64,000 nt of DNA from Methylophilaceae bacterium (GCA_028122555.1 JAOHSH010000003.1:7791-71790), one strand, 5' to 3'; shown: positions 44,309 to 54,219, numbered from the stretch's first letter. Made by a program: numbers and translations. Notes: generated by a model not told the origin, from the letters alone.

Positions 44309-44461
44309 TTTATTCCTTAATACGTTATTCATGCTTCCCCGCATGGTTTATGGCGCAACAATATTTAGGAATTGATTTAGATATTAATAAATTTAGATAC
44401 TGAATTATTTAAATTAAAAATATAAAAAATTGCTTCCCCGCAATTTCTTGTTACGATTGAA

Positions 44462-44628
44462 TTAAGGCCGGTCTCCGGACTCATAAGACTAAATTTGCTG
44501 TCTTCCCAGGTTTCCCCAGTGACTTTGTGGTGCAAATTCTTCCTTACTTACCGTTGCGGGGGCAGTGTAAGATTTTCACTTAACTTCCCGTTTAAATAAC
44601 AATTTTGTGAATTGTTATCACCTAAAAT
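44462..44628 (-). ncRNA. cobalamin (AdoCbl-class) riboswitch aptamer
   Basis: Reverse complement contains AGGTG...ACGGGAAG...ACTGCCCCCGCAACGGT...CACTGGGGAAACCTGGGAAG...B12 box AGTCCGGAGACCGGCCT. Confidence 0.95.
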
Positions 44629-44670
44629 CAATAGAAGAAATACTACTGTAAAGAGATATAAATATCAAGT

Positions 44671-45069
44671 TCAGAAAAAAAGTATTAAGGCCCATGTAAT
44701 AAAAGCATTTCCAATAACTAAAAAAGTAGCTGCACTTGCTATGTCTTTTAATCTTTTGGATAGAAGATGATTTTCAATTGATATTTTGTCTATAACTGGC
44801 TCTATTGTAGTATTTAAAATTTCGACCAGATTTATAATAATAATACTAAAAATTAAAAGTATTTTTTGAGTAACTGTTTCACCGATTAGAAACCCAACTG
44901 CGATTAGTATGAGTGATAGGAAAAATTCTTGTCTGAAAAAACCTTCATTTTTAAATACTTTTTTGAATTTATTTATAAAGTAACTTAAAGAATTAAGTAG
45001 TATCTTAATCAATATATCTCTCTTTAAAAATATTTCCCATAAAATTTTATTCTCTCTAAAATTTGGCAA
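44671..45069 (-). CDS. dgkA: diacylglycerol kinase (divergent)
   Basis: E..FRQE, EILNTTIE.VID, SKRLKDIASAA; three TM helices. Confidence 0.8.
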   Translation of the reverse strand: MPNFRENKILWEIFLKRDILIKILLNSLSYFINKFKKVFKNEGFFRQEFFLSLILIAVGFLIGETVTQKILLIFSIIIINLVEILNTTIEPVIDKISIENHLLSKRLKDIASAATFLVIGNAFITWALILFF

Positions 45070-45141
45070 ATTATACCAAAAAAAGGATATTTAGTTTTGT
45101 TTCTTGTATCATGTTATTAAAATACTGTAGGGGAAATGTAA

Positions 45142-45414
45142 ATGGCAAGAACTGTAAAATGCGCAAAATTAAAAAAAGAGGCAGAAGGATTAGATTATCC
45201 TCCATACCCTGGACCCCTTGGGCAGAAAATTTTTGAGAATGTTTCAAAGGAAGCTTGGGCTGGCTGGTTAGAGCATCAAACTATGCTAGTAAATGAAAAT
45301 CGTTTAAGCTTGGTTGACCCTCAAGCAAGAAAGTATCTTACTGAACAAACAGAAGCTTATTTCTTTGGAGATGGAGCAGATAAAGCCTCAGGATACGTAC
45401 CTCCAAAAAATTAA
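45142..45414 (+). CDS. yggX: Fe(II)-trafficking/oxidative damage protection protein
   Basis: [30 protein letters not shown]. Confidence 0.95.
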   Translation: MARTVKCAKLKKEAEGLDYPPYPGPLGQKIFENVSKEAWAGWLEHQTMLVNENRLSLVDPQARKYLTEQTEAYFFGDGADKASGYVPPKN

Positions 45415-46112
45415 GAAAGTTCTTTTTTGATTTCTTTTAGTGAAGAATGCCTTACATCTTTTCCTTTGACAGTATAAATAACACTTTGTGAAATATTTAC
45501 AGCATGATCTCCAATTCTTTCAAGTGATTTTGCAATAAACATACTTTCAAGGGACATAGAAATAGTTCTTGGGTCTTCAAGCATAAATGTTAATAACTGT
45601 CTCATGCAAGAACGATAGTCATCATCTACTTGTTTATCTTTTTCAAGAATATCAATAGTGTCACTTAAATCTAATCTAGCAAAAGAATTTAGTGCTGTTT
45701 TAATCATATCTTTGACAGCTTTTGCCATTCCTTTAATTTCGATAAATCGTGGCTTACTCATCCGATTGTCTTCAAATATTCTCGTCGTTGACCGGGCTAT
45801 TTTTGCAGCTTCATCACCCATTCGTTCAAGATCAGTAATAATCTTTAGCATCATCATTATATTTCTTAAGTCACCTGCAGCTGGGGATCTTTTAGCTATT
45901 AAGAGTGAAGCCTCTTCATCAATAGCTAGTTCTAAATCATTAATCTGATCATCTCTTTTCATTACTTGTTCTGCTAATTTGATATCAGTTTCTATAAGTG
46001 ATTTAACTGCATTAGCTGTTTGTTCCTCTACCAAAGTTCCCATTTCTAGTACTTTTGCACGTATTGCCTCTAAATCTGAGTCGAATTGTTTGTAAATATG
46101 CTCTGAAGCCAT
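45411..46112 (-). CDS. phoU: phosphate signalling complex protein PhoU
   Basis: [31 protein letters not shown]. Confidence 0.96.
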   Translation of the reverse strand: MASEHIYKQFDSDLEAIRAKVLEMGTLVEEQTANAVKSLIETDIKLAEQVMKRDDQINDLELAIDEEASLLIAKRSPAAGDLRNIMMMLKIITDLERMGDEAAKIARSTTRIFEDNRMSKPRFIEIKGMAKAVKDMIKTALNSFARLDLSDTIDILEKDKQVDDDYRSCMRQLLTFMLEDPRTISMSLESMFIAKSLERIGDHAVNISQSVIYTVKGKDVRHSSLKEIKKELS

Positions 46113-46134
46113 ATCTTTTACCTAAAAATTAATT

Positions 46135-46168
46135 AATATACTTATTCATTATGACAAATTTATGGCAA
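46135..46168 (-). promoter_or_regulatory. PHO box and -10 element of phoU promoter
   Basis: Reverse complement TTGCCAT-AAAT-TTGTCAT (11-bp direct repeat like CTGTCAT-N4-CTGTCAC), then TATATT 10 bp downstream. Confidence 0.8.
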
Positions 46169-46834
46169 TTAAGCACCTTTCTTTATTGTCTTAACCCCTT
46201 CGCTAGTTGCAAGAAGTAAAATATTTGCAGGACGAACGGCAAATAACCCATTAGTAACTACCCCAACAATTTGATTAATTTTTATTTCCATTTCAATTGG
46301 ATCGTTAATTTTAAGTTCATGAACATCCAGTATTAGATTTCCGTTATCAGTCGTAAAATCTCTTAGTTGTGGTTGTCCGCCTAGCTTTGTTATTTCCCTT
46401 GCTACGTAACTTTTTGCCATTGGCAAAACTTCAATAGGCAATGGAAATTTCCCTAAAATATGTACGAATTTACTTTCATCACATATACAAATAAATTCTT
46501 TTGCATTGGCAGCAACAATTTTTTCTCTTGTTAAGGCCCCACCACCACCTTTTACCATGTGCATGTGCTCTGTTATTTCATCTGCACCATCAACATATAT
46601 GTCCATTCCATTAATATCATTTAAATCAAAAACTTCAATTCCATGTGATTTAAGTCTATCTGCAGTGGCTTCACTACTTGCCACCGCACCATCTATTTTA
46701 TGTTTTATTGCAGCCAATGCATCAATAAAATAATTTGCGGTAGAGCCAGTTCCAACGCCGATAATGCCAGATTTTACATAATCAATCGCTGCATCTGCAA
46801 CTTGCTTTTTAAGTTGATCTTGTGTTAAGCCCAT
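46169..46834 (-). CDS. rpiA: ribose-5-phosphate isomerase A
   Basis: [24 protein letters not shown]. Confidence 0.97.
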   Translation of the reverse strand: MGLTQDQLKKQVADAAIDYVKSGIIGVGTGSTANYFIDALAAIKHKIDGAVASSEATADRLKSHGIEVFDLNDINGMDIYVDGADEITEHMHMVKGGGGALTREKIVAANAKEFICICDESKFVHILGKFPLPIEVLPMAKSYVAREITKLGGQPQLRDFTTDNGNLILDVHELKINDPIEMEIKINQIVGVVTNGLFAVRPANILLLATSEGVKTIKKGA

Positions 46835-46915
46835 TTTTTTTAAATCCTTTGTTTTGAACAAAAATTATGGTTATATGATACACGTTGAATAGATTATTGA
46901 GTATTTCTATAAATT

Positions 46916-48436
46916 ATGAAAAATGAGTATAAAGACAAAATAGATAAAGCAAATGTTTATGATGCAGCTCTGAGAACGCCTCTAGAGAAGCAAGTAAATT
47001 TATCAAAAAGATTTAACAATAATATTCTAGTAAAGCGTGAAGATCTTCAGCCAGTTTTTTCTTTTAAGATACGCGGAGCTTACAATAAAATGAAAAACTT
47101 AAGTGATGAGAATCTTAAAAATGGGGTTATTGCTTGTTCAGCAGGGAATCATGCTCAAGGTGTAGCGTTAGCAGCAAAAATTTTAGAATGTAATGCAACA
47201 ATTGTCATGCCTAAAACAACTCCTTTCATAAAAATTAATGCCGTTGAATTTCATGGAGCTAAGGTAGTTTTACACGGAGAAACACTCCATGAGTGCTTTG
47301 ATCACGCTTTAGGCATTCAAAAAAAACAAGGCTCAATATTTGTTCACCCATTTGATGATCCAGAAGTAATAGCAGGTCAAGGTACGATAGCAAAAGAAAT
47401 TTTAGAGGATTATTCTCGTCCAATTGATGCCATTTTTGTCTGCGTAGGAGGAGGTGGTTTAATTGCGGGAATAGCTGCTTATATAAAAGCTGTAAAACCT
47501 GAAATAAAAATAATTGGAGTTGAAGCTGAGGGGGCGGATGCAATGAAACAATCACTCGAAGCAAATAAGAGAGTGACTTTAGATAAGATTAGTTTGTTTG
47601 CAGAAGGGGCCGCATTAAAGCAAGTAGGAGAGCTTCCTTTTAAAATTTGTCAGCAGTATGTTGATGAAATGATTGTGGTTAGTAAAGATGAAATTTGTGC
47701 AGCAATAAAAGATGTATTTGAAGATACGCGAACCATTTTGGAACCTGCTGGAGCATTAGCAGTTGCAGGTATAAAGTCCTACATTAAAAAAAATAATGTT
47801 GAAACAAAAACTTTTGTTGCAACTGCTTCCGGGGCAAATATGAATTTTGATCGACTTGGGTTTGTTTCGGAGAGAGCAGAAATTGGTGAAGAAAGAGAGG
47901 CAATTTTCGCGGTTACCATTCCTGAGAAACCTGGAGCTTTTAAAACCTTTTGTAGCTTGATTGGTGAAAAAAATATTACTGAATTTAATTATAGATATTC
48001 AAGTGAAAATAGTGCAAATATTTTTGTCGGTATTAGCGTAAAAAACTTTGATGAAGCTAAATTAATATTTGAAGGTTTTAAAACAGCCTCTCTTGAACCA
48101 ATAGATTTAACTCATAACGAATTGGCAAAGCTTCATCTTAGACATTTAGTCGGAGGGCATGCTCCAGAGGCAAAGAACGAGGTTGTATATAGGTTCGAGT
48201 TTCCTGAGAAGCCCGGAGCACTTTTAAATTTTCTAGAAAAAATGGGCCATTGGAATATTAGTTTATTTCATTATCGGAACCATGGTTCTGATATTGGAAG
48301 AGTTTTGGTAGGGATGCAAGTTGATGAAGAAAGTAAAGAAGAATCTAAAGAATTTTTAAAGAATCTTGGGTACACTTATATCAATGAGAGTAATAATGAA
48401 GCTTACAAAATATTTCTAGGAAAAACTCACAAATAA
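46916..48436 (+). CDS. ilvA: threonine ammonia-lyase, biosynthetic
   Basis: KREDLQPVFSFKIRGA, SAGNHAQG, regulatory PEKPG repeats. Confidence 0.97.
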   Translation: MKNEYKDKIDKANVYDAALRTPLEKQVNLSKRFNNNILVKREDLQPVFSFKIRGAYNKMKNLSDENLKNGVIACSAGNHAQGVALAAKILECNATIVMPKTTPFIKINAVEFHGAKVVLHGETLHECFDHALGIQKKQGSIFVHPFDDPEVIAGQGTIAKEILEDYSRPIDAIFVCVGGGGLIAGIAAYIKAVKPEIKIIGVEAEGADAMKQSLEANKRVTLDKISLFAEGAALKQVGELPFKICQQYVDEMIVVSKDEICAAIKDVFEDTRTILEPAGALAVAGIKSYIKKNNVETKTFVATASGANMNFDRLGFVSERAEIGEEREAIFAVTIPEKPGAFKTFCSLIGEKNITEFNYRYSSENSANIFVGISVKNFDEAKLIFEGFKTASLEPIDLTHNELAKLHLRHLVGGHAPEAKNEVVYRFEFPEKPGALLNFLEKMGHWNISLFHYRNHGSDIGRVLVGMQVDEESKEESKEFLKNLGYTYINESNNEAYKIFLGKTHK

Positions 48437-48513
48437 AAAAAATCAAAATTTATAACTTGAGTGATATTTATGAATCTATATAATGTTTATTTTTAATTAA
48501 AGGTTTTTCTCAA

Positions 48514-49635
48514 ATGAAGTGGTTTAGATTATTATTTTTAATTGGTTTAATTTCAGGATGTGGGGAGATTGATCGAGGTAAAGCATATATTACTTCTCAA
48601 GATGGGGGAGTCTCGGTAATTGATTTAAATACAATGGAATTGGTTGAGTCTATAAAGTCTGGTGACTACCCAAGAGGTATTGGCATAACAGCTGATGGAG
48701 AATATTTAATTACTGCAAATAAAGCCGGAGCTAACGTATCAGTAATAAATTTAAATACAAAAGAAATAGAGAAAAATATTGACGTGGGAATTAATCCTGA
48801 ATTTGTCAGAGTTTATGAGGGGCAAGTTTTTGTTTCAACAGAACCCTCCTCAACTGGAAAACCACCTGCTAAAGGCGAAATCCATGAGGATGAGGATGAG
48901 GATGAGGAGGATAGAACCCCAGCAAAAATTGCTGTAGTAGATATTGCCTCTGGAAAAAAAATAAGAGAAATTACTGCTGGTCCTGAAACAGAAGGTATAG
49001 AGTTTAGTAAAGATGGCAGTCAAATTATTGTTACCAACGAGGCTGACAATACAATTACTGTCCATGATTTTTCTTCTGGTGATTTGCTTAAAACTATTAA
49101 CGCAGAAGCTTATGGTTTAAGACCTAGAGGAATAAAAGTTTCTCCAAATGGAAAATTTTATGTAGCTACACTTGAACACAGTGACAATTTTATTGTTCTT
49201 GATAAAGAATTTAATCATGTTAAAACCGTAAAAACTAAACACGATGTTTCTGAAGATAATCTTCATAAAGGAAAATCTCCTTATGGTGTAAGTTTCAGTC
49301 CCTCTGGAGATAAATTATTTGTTGCTGCAAGTGGAGGGTATAAAAAAAGAAGTTCTTTAGAAGTCTATGATGGTAAAAGTTTTGAAAAAATAAATCGTGT
49401 TGAAACGAATGGTAGAAGGTGTTGGCATTTTACATTTACCCCTGATAAAAAAGATATTCTTTTAGCTTGCGGTAGGTCTGATGAAGTTTTAGTTATTGAC
49501 TCAGATACCTTAAATATTTCTAAAAGAATTCCTGTAAAAGGAATCCCTTGGGGAATAGTGACTTATCCAAAAGCTATTGGAAGTCTTGACCAAGTAATAA
49601 AAAGTCATAGTCATAGCGGTCACACTCATAATTAA
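48514..49635 (+). CDS. YVTN-type beta-propeller lipoprotein
   Basis: Lipobox LISG-C16, repeated PRGI/PEFV/TEGI/PYGV/PWGI blades. Confidence 0.8.
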   Translation: MKWFRLLFLIGLISGCGEIDRGKAYITSQDGGVSVIDLNTMELVESIKSGDYPRGIGITADGEYLITANKAGANVSVINLNTKEIEKNIDVGINPEFVRVYEGQVFVSTEPSSTGKPPAKGEIHEDEDEDEEDRTPAKIAVVDIASGKKIREITAGPETEGIEFSKDGSQIIVTNEADNTITVHDFSSGDLLKTINAEAYGLRPRGIKVSPNGKFYVATLEHSDNFIVLDKEFNHVKTVKTKHDVSEDNLHKGKSPYGVSFSPSGDKLFVAASGGYKKRSSLEVYDGKSFEKINRVETNGRRCWHFTFTPDKKDILLACGRSDEVLVIDSDTLNISKRIPVKGIPWGIVTYPKAIGSLDQVIKSHSHSGHTHN

Positions 49636-49659
49636 TTCGGGTTGAGATTTGAATTAAAG

Positions 49660-50124
49660 TTATATGATTGTGTTAATGAATGACCACTCGTCTTGAGAAA
49701 TTGGGGTAATCGATAACCGGTTACCTTTTCTTAAAATCATCATGTTTTTTAATTCAGTATAATTTCTTAATTTCTTTAGTTCTATCAAAGGCAATTTTTT
49801 TACTAAAGTCACATCTACGTTAAGCCACCTTGGATTTTCTTGAGTTGATTTTGGGTCATAATATTTATTATCTTTCAAAAATTGAAGTGGATCGGGATAT
49901 GCAAGTTTTGTAATTTCCATTATTCCCACAATTCCTGGTGACTCACAGTTTGATTGATAAAAGAAGGCTAAATCTCCCAACGACATATCATCTCTCATAA
50001 AATTTCTAGCTTGATAATTTCTTATTCCTTTTGTTGGAATCCAGTCAACGGTTTTAGTTGGTGTATTTTCCAAGTCTTCGATTGTAAAAACTGATGGTTC
50101 TGATTTCATTAGCCAGTAGCGCAT
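49660..50124 (-). CDS. EVE domain protein
   Basis: YWLMKSEP, GIRNYQARN, RLSITP. Confidence 0.93.
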   Translation of the reverse strand: MRYWLMKSEPSVFTIEDLENTPTKTVDWIPTKGIRNYQARNFMRDDMSLGDLAFFYQSNCESPGIVGIMEITKLAYPDPLQFLKDNKYYDPKSTQENPRWLNVDVTLVKKLPLIELKKLRNYTELKNMMILRKGNRLSITPISQDEWSFINTII

Positions 50125-50190
50125 AATAAATGTATTCCTTAATTAATATATTATTGTTATGTTATTAGAAGTTTAATACAAGAGAAAATT

Positions 50191-50553
50191 ATGGAAAAGA
50201 AAAATGTACTAGGAACTGCTTTAAAGTTGTGTAGTTTAGATCCAATGACAGGCTACTTTAGAAATGGAGAATGTGATCATTGCCAATCAGATACTGGTAA
50301 TCATACTGTTTGTGCAGAGGTAAATGAAGAATTTTTATTATTTTCAAAGGCACAAGGAAATGATCTGAGTACGCCTCGTCCAGAATATAATTTTTTAGGG
50401 CTCAAAGCCGGCGATCGTTGGTGTCTATGCGCAAATCGCTGGCTTGAAGCTGCTGAGGCTGGTTGTGCTCCTCCTGTAATTTTAGAGTCTACACATGAAA
50501 AAGCTTTAGAGATTATTACGTTAAGTGACTTGGAATACCATAGTCTAAGGTAA
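50191..50553 (+). CDS. DUF2237 family protein
   Basis: NVLG, DPMTGYFRNG.C, GNDLSTP, GDRWCLCA.RW. Confidence 0.9.
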   Translation: MEKKNVLGTALKLCSLDPMTGYFRNGECDHCQSDTGNHTVCAEVNEEFLLFSKAQGNDLSTPRPEYNFLGLKAGDRWCLCANRWLEAAEAGCAPPVILESTHEKALEIITLSDLEYHSLR

Positions 50554-50568
50554 TTAGAATAAATTTTC

Positions 50569-50754
50569 TTTGATGTTGCCTAGACCAGCATCTAGAACCA
50601 AAGGTTCAAGTGGTAATAATCTAAGATGTTTTAGGTTCACTCGCCAAGAGCCCTTATAAGGTTACCCAATCGTGAGTGATCACACCACATTCTGATTGAT
50701 TAAAACCGACGCTATAGACTAGTTCAAAGAATAATTAGCCTAAGCAACATCAAA
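50569..50754 (-). ncRNA. ssrS: 6S RNA
   Basis: About 186 nt closed by TTTGATGTTGC/GCAACATCAAA stem, internal TTGAAC(C) motifs, immediately downstream of zapA. Confidence 0.88.
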
Positions 50755-50769
50755 ATAAACTTATTAAAG

Positions 50770-51060
50770 CTAATGGTTTTGTAATGCCTTATCAATTAAT
50801 AAATTAAAATTTGTTATTTTATTTTGATAATCTAGAGTATGTAAATCTTTATTGTCCCCTTGATTTAAAAATTCATGAGTAATATCTAATGCCGCTTTAA
50901 TAATAATCTTATCAACACCTATTGTTGAACCTGATTGTTGAATTTCTTCTACTTTATGTTTTAAATAGCTTATCGATTTTTGCAGGTTCTCTTCCTCATT
51001 CTCTGGGCATGATATTGTAAAATCTCTACCTAATATGTTTACTTCAACCTGTTTTGTCAT
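50770..51060 (-). CDS. zapA: cell division protein ZapA
   Basis: VNILGRDF...CP..E...L, AAL.I.HE. Confidence 0.9.
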   Translation of the reverse strand: MTKQVEVNILGRDFTISCPENEEENLQKSISYLKHKVEEIQQSGSTIGVDKIIIKAALDITHEFLNQGDNKDLHTLDYQNKITNFNLLIDKALQNH

Positions 51061-51064
51061 ATTC

Positions 51065-51256
51065 TCAACTCGGTAACTGTGCTAATAGGTTTTCAACTTT
51101 TAATGTCGCTTCATTCATCTTAGTCTTTAGTAATTGTATTTCTTCCTTCGCATGATGAAGGCTAGGCTTTAATTCATCATTTTCTTTTTTTAATACTTCA
51201 ATTGCCTCAATGAGCTTATTGATTTTACTTTCTAATAAATTTAATTCATCTAGCAT
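51065..51256 (-). CDS. ZapB-like coiled-coil protein
   Basis: Short all-coiled-coil LESKI..L...L..EN..L protein upstream of zapA. Confidence 0.75.
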   Translation of the reverse strand: MLDELNLLESKINKLIEAIEVLKKENDELKPSLHHAKEEIQLLKTKMNEATLKVENLLAQLPS

Positions 51257-51311
51257 CTATTTACTATAATTTAATTTCTTAATACCATCAATAGAGAATT
51301 TACTTTCTTTC

Positions 51312-52202
51312 TTATTTTTTCTTTGCTCGAGGATGGGCTTTATCATAGACTTTTGAAAGATGTTGGAAATCTAAATGCGTGTATATCTGTGTAGTACTAA
51401 TATTTTCATGGCCTAATAGCTCTTGAACAGCCCTTAAATCTTGGCTTGATTGAAGCATATGTGATGCAAAACTATGCCTAAGGAGATGAGGATGAATATT
51501 TTCAGGCACGCCTTGTTTGATTGCCCAAAATTTTAGCCTATATTGAATAGCCCTAGGAGTTAATTTTTTAGAATTTTTACTTAAAAATAATATTTTATTT
51601 TCGGACTCTAAGCCGCTGATGTTTTTTCTTATTTTCAACCATTTTTTTATAGCTATAGAAGCAAATGAGCCTATGGGAGCCACTCTTTCTTTATTACCCT
51701 TACCTATGATAGAAATTATTCCATCATCGAAATTAATATCATTATAGTTTAGATTAACTAGTTCAGATAATCTAAGCCCAGAAGAGTAAAATAATTCTAA
51801 AATAGCATGATCACGAATTCCTAAAAAGGAAATATCTTTTATATCAATAAGTTTTAATGTTTGGTCGACTGATAATGTTTGAGGAAGCAATTTCTTACTT
51901 TTAGGTGCTTTAATTCCCAAGGTAGGATTTTTTTTAAACTTATGTTGATTAATTAGAAAATTAAAAAACCCTCTCCAAGAAGAAAGAACTCTTGATAAAG
52001 ATTTCCCTCCTAATCCTTGAGAATGAAGTACAGTAATATTCTTTCTAATATCCTCAAGTCTATAATTGTTTAATTCTTTATTATTGTTAAGTTTTAATAA
52101 TTCATTAATATCTCTAAGATAGCTTTTTACTGAAGAAGGGCTTAATCTTTTTTCAAAGCTAATAAATTTCTTATACTCTTCAATTAATTCAAGATTATTC
52201 AT
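51312..52202 (-). CDS. xerC: tyrosine recombinase XerC
   Basis: SGLRLSEL, GKGNKER, HPHLLRHSFASH, LLGH, TQIYT, YDKAHPRA; follows dapF. Confidence 0.93.
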   Translation of the reverse strand: MNNLELIEEYKKFISFEKRLSPSSVKSYLRDINELLKLNNNKELNNYRLEDIRKNITVLHSQGLGGKSLSRVLSSWRGFFNFLINQHKFKKNPTLGIKAPKSKKLLPQTLSVDQTLKLIDIKDISFLGIRDHAILELFYSSGLRLSELVNLNYNDINFDDGIISIIGKGNKERVAPIGSFASIAIKKWLKIRKNISGLESENKILFLSKNSKKLTPRAIQYRLKFWAIKQGVPENIHPHLLRHSFASHMLQSSQDLRAVQELLGHENISTTQIYTHLDFQHLSKVYDKAHPRAKKK

Positions 52203-52995
52203 ATAGTTTGATTGAGCTTAAATCAAATTCTCCTTCAAATACAATTTCAGCAGGGCCAGACATTGTTATTGAATTTAAGCCATCCCAGTCAATTATCAGA
52301 TTACCTCCATCCATATGGACTGTAACAGGACTATTCACTAATCCTTTTAAGATAGCTGTAACACTTGCTGCACAAGCACCTGAACCACAAGCAAGAGTAA
52401 TACCACTCCCTCTTTCTAAAACTTTAAGTTGCAAGTTATTTTTATCTATCACCTTCATCATTCCAACATTTACGCCATTAGGAAATAAACTATTATTAGC
52501 TTGTATTTCTTTACAAAGTTTTAATGCTTCCCCCCATTCTTCATCTTTCTCAAGTGGCTCAAGCACCGCGTGAGGATTTCCAATAGAAACGGAAGTAAAT
52601 AAATCACTAATTTTTTCTTTAAAAATCGGTTTCCCCATATCAACAGAAATTAAATTTTCTAAATATTCCGAAAGAATAATTAAACCTGATTTTGTTTCAA
52701 CAGTGATTGGAGAGTTTTGTGAAAGGTTTTTATTTTTAATATAGCGATAAAAGCATCGTGCCCCGTTACCACATTGTTCAACTTCATCACCATCGGCATT
52801 AAAAATACGATATTTAAATTCTGCTTTTGGATTTAGACTAGACTCTATAATTAAAAGTTGATCGAAACCAATGCCAAATTGACGATGTGATAGTAATTTT
52901 ATTATTTTTGGAGTTAGATTATATTGATTGGTTATTTGATTTAAAATTATAAAGTCGTTACCAATGCCATGCATTTTTGTAAATGGAATTTTCAT
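52195..52995 (-). CDS. dapF: diaminopimelate epimerase
   Basis: [38 protein letters not shown]. Confidence 0.96.
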   Translation of the reverse strand: MKIPFTKMHGIGNDFIILNQITNQYNLTPKIIKLLSHRQFGIGFDQLLIIESSLNPKAEFKYRIFNADGDEVEQCGNGARCFYRYIKNKNLSQNSPITVETKSGLIILSEYLENLISVDMGKPIFKEKISDLFTSVSIGNPHAVLEPLEKDEEWGEALKLCKEIQANNSLFPNGVNVGMMKVIDKNNLQLKVLERGSGITLACGSGACAASVTAILKGLVNSPVTVHMDGGNLIIDWDGLNSITMSGPAEIVFEGEFDLSSIKLYE

Positions 52996-53064
52996 TTATT
53001 TCTATTTTTTATTGAACATATTTGTTATTCTAACGGCTTAATAAAATTAATATACAAGGTTTTT

Positions 53065-54219
53065 ATGAATAATTATTTATTTACTTCTGAATCGGTATCA
53101 GAAGGTCATCCTGACAAAGTATCTGATTTAATCTCAGATGCAGTCTTAGACGCAATTTTAACTGAAGATCCTAATTCTAGGGTTGCTGCAGAGACTCTAA
53201 CAAATACTAATTTAGTTGTGCTTGCTGGTGAAATTACAAGTAATTCCAAAATAGATTATGAAAAAATAACCAGGGATACATTAAAATTAATTGGTTATGA
53301 TAATGGTGATTATGGAATTGATTATAAAACATGTGAAGTTTTAGTAAAATATGACACACAATCACCAGATATTGCTCAGGGTGTTGATTTTGCAATGGAT
53401 GACCCTTTAGATCAAGGAGCAGGAGACCAGGGTTTAATGTTTGGTTATGCGTGTGATGAGACAAATGAATTAATGCCATTACCAATTCATCTATCTCATA
53501 GATTAGTTGAACGCCAAGCGCTCCTGAGAAAGAATGGAACTCTTCCATGGCTAAGACCAGATGCGAAGTCTCAAGTAACAATTGAATATGATGGAAATAA
53601 GCCAATCGGTATAGATACAATTGTTTTATCAACTCAACATTCCCCTGACATTAAACTAAATGATCTTCGTGAAGCAGTAATAGAGGAAATTATTAAGCCT
53701 ATTATTCCTAAGGAGCTAATAAGGGGGGATATTAAATTTTTAATTAATCCTACAGGAAGATTTGTAATCGGTGGACCTCAGGGAGATTGTGGCCTAACTG
53801 GCAGAAAAATTATTGTCGATACTTATGGAGGAGCTGCCCCTCATGGAGGAGGTGCATTCTCAGGAAAGGACCCAAGTAAAGTAGATCGATCTGCAGCATA
53901 TGGTGCAAGATATGTTGCAAAGAATATAGTTTCTGCAGGCTTGGCTACTAAATGTCTTGTTCAGATTTCATATGCAATAGGAGTTGCTAAACCAACCTCT
54001 GTGATGGTTGATAGCTTTGGAACTGGAACAGTAACAGATGAAAAATTATCTCAATTAGTAGCAGAAAAATTTGATTTAAGGCCAAAAGGAATTTTGGAGA
54101 CATTAGATTTATTAAGACCTATATACAAAAAAACTGCGGCATACGGACACTTTGGCCGTGACGAGCCTGAATTCACATGGGAAATGATAGATAAAAAAAT
54201 TGATTTACAAATCAAGTAA
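53065..54219 (+). CDS. metK: S-adenosylmethionine synthetase
   Basis: [28 protein letters not shown]; start moved to MNNYL. Confidence 0.98.
   Translation: MNNYLFTSESVSEGHPDKVSDLISDAVLDAILTEDPNSRVAAETLTNTNLVVLAGEITSNSKIDYEKITRDTLKLIGYDNGDYGIDYKTCEVLVKYDTQSPDIAQGVDFAMDDPLDQGAGDQGLMFGYACDETNELMPLPIHLSHRLVERQALLRKNGTLPWLRPDAKSQVTIEYDGNKPIGIDTIVLSTQHSPDIKLNDLREAVIEEIIKPIIPKELIRGDIKFLINPTGRFVIGGPQGDCGLTGRKIIVDTYGGAAPHGGGAFSGKDPSKVDRSAAYGARYVAKNIVSAGLATKCLVQISYAIGVAKPTSVMVDSFGTGTVTDEKLSQLVAEKFDLRPKGILETLDLLRPIYKKTAAYGHFGRDEPEFTWEMIDKKIDLQIK

Noticed and set aside
44309-44344. Extended N-termini in ORF track for btuB (also metK, ahcY, hemC, rimP, rpiA)
   Set aside because: The extensions run through riboswitch or leader sequence or overlap divergent genes. 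Downstream starts match the family N-termini and in several cases have a clear RBS.
51312-52202. Tyrosine recombinase as a phage or island integrase
   Set aside because: The YDKAHPRA C-terminus and dapF linkage identify it as housekeeping XerC.
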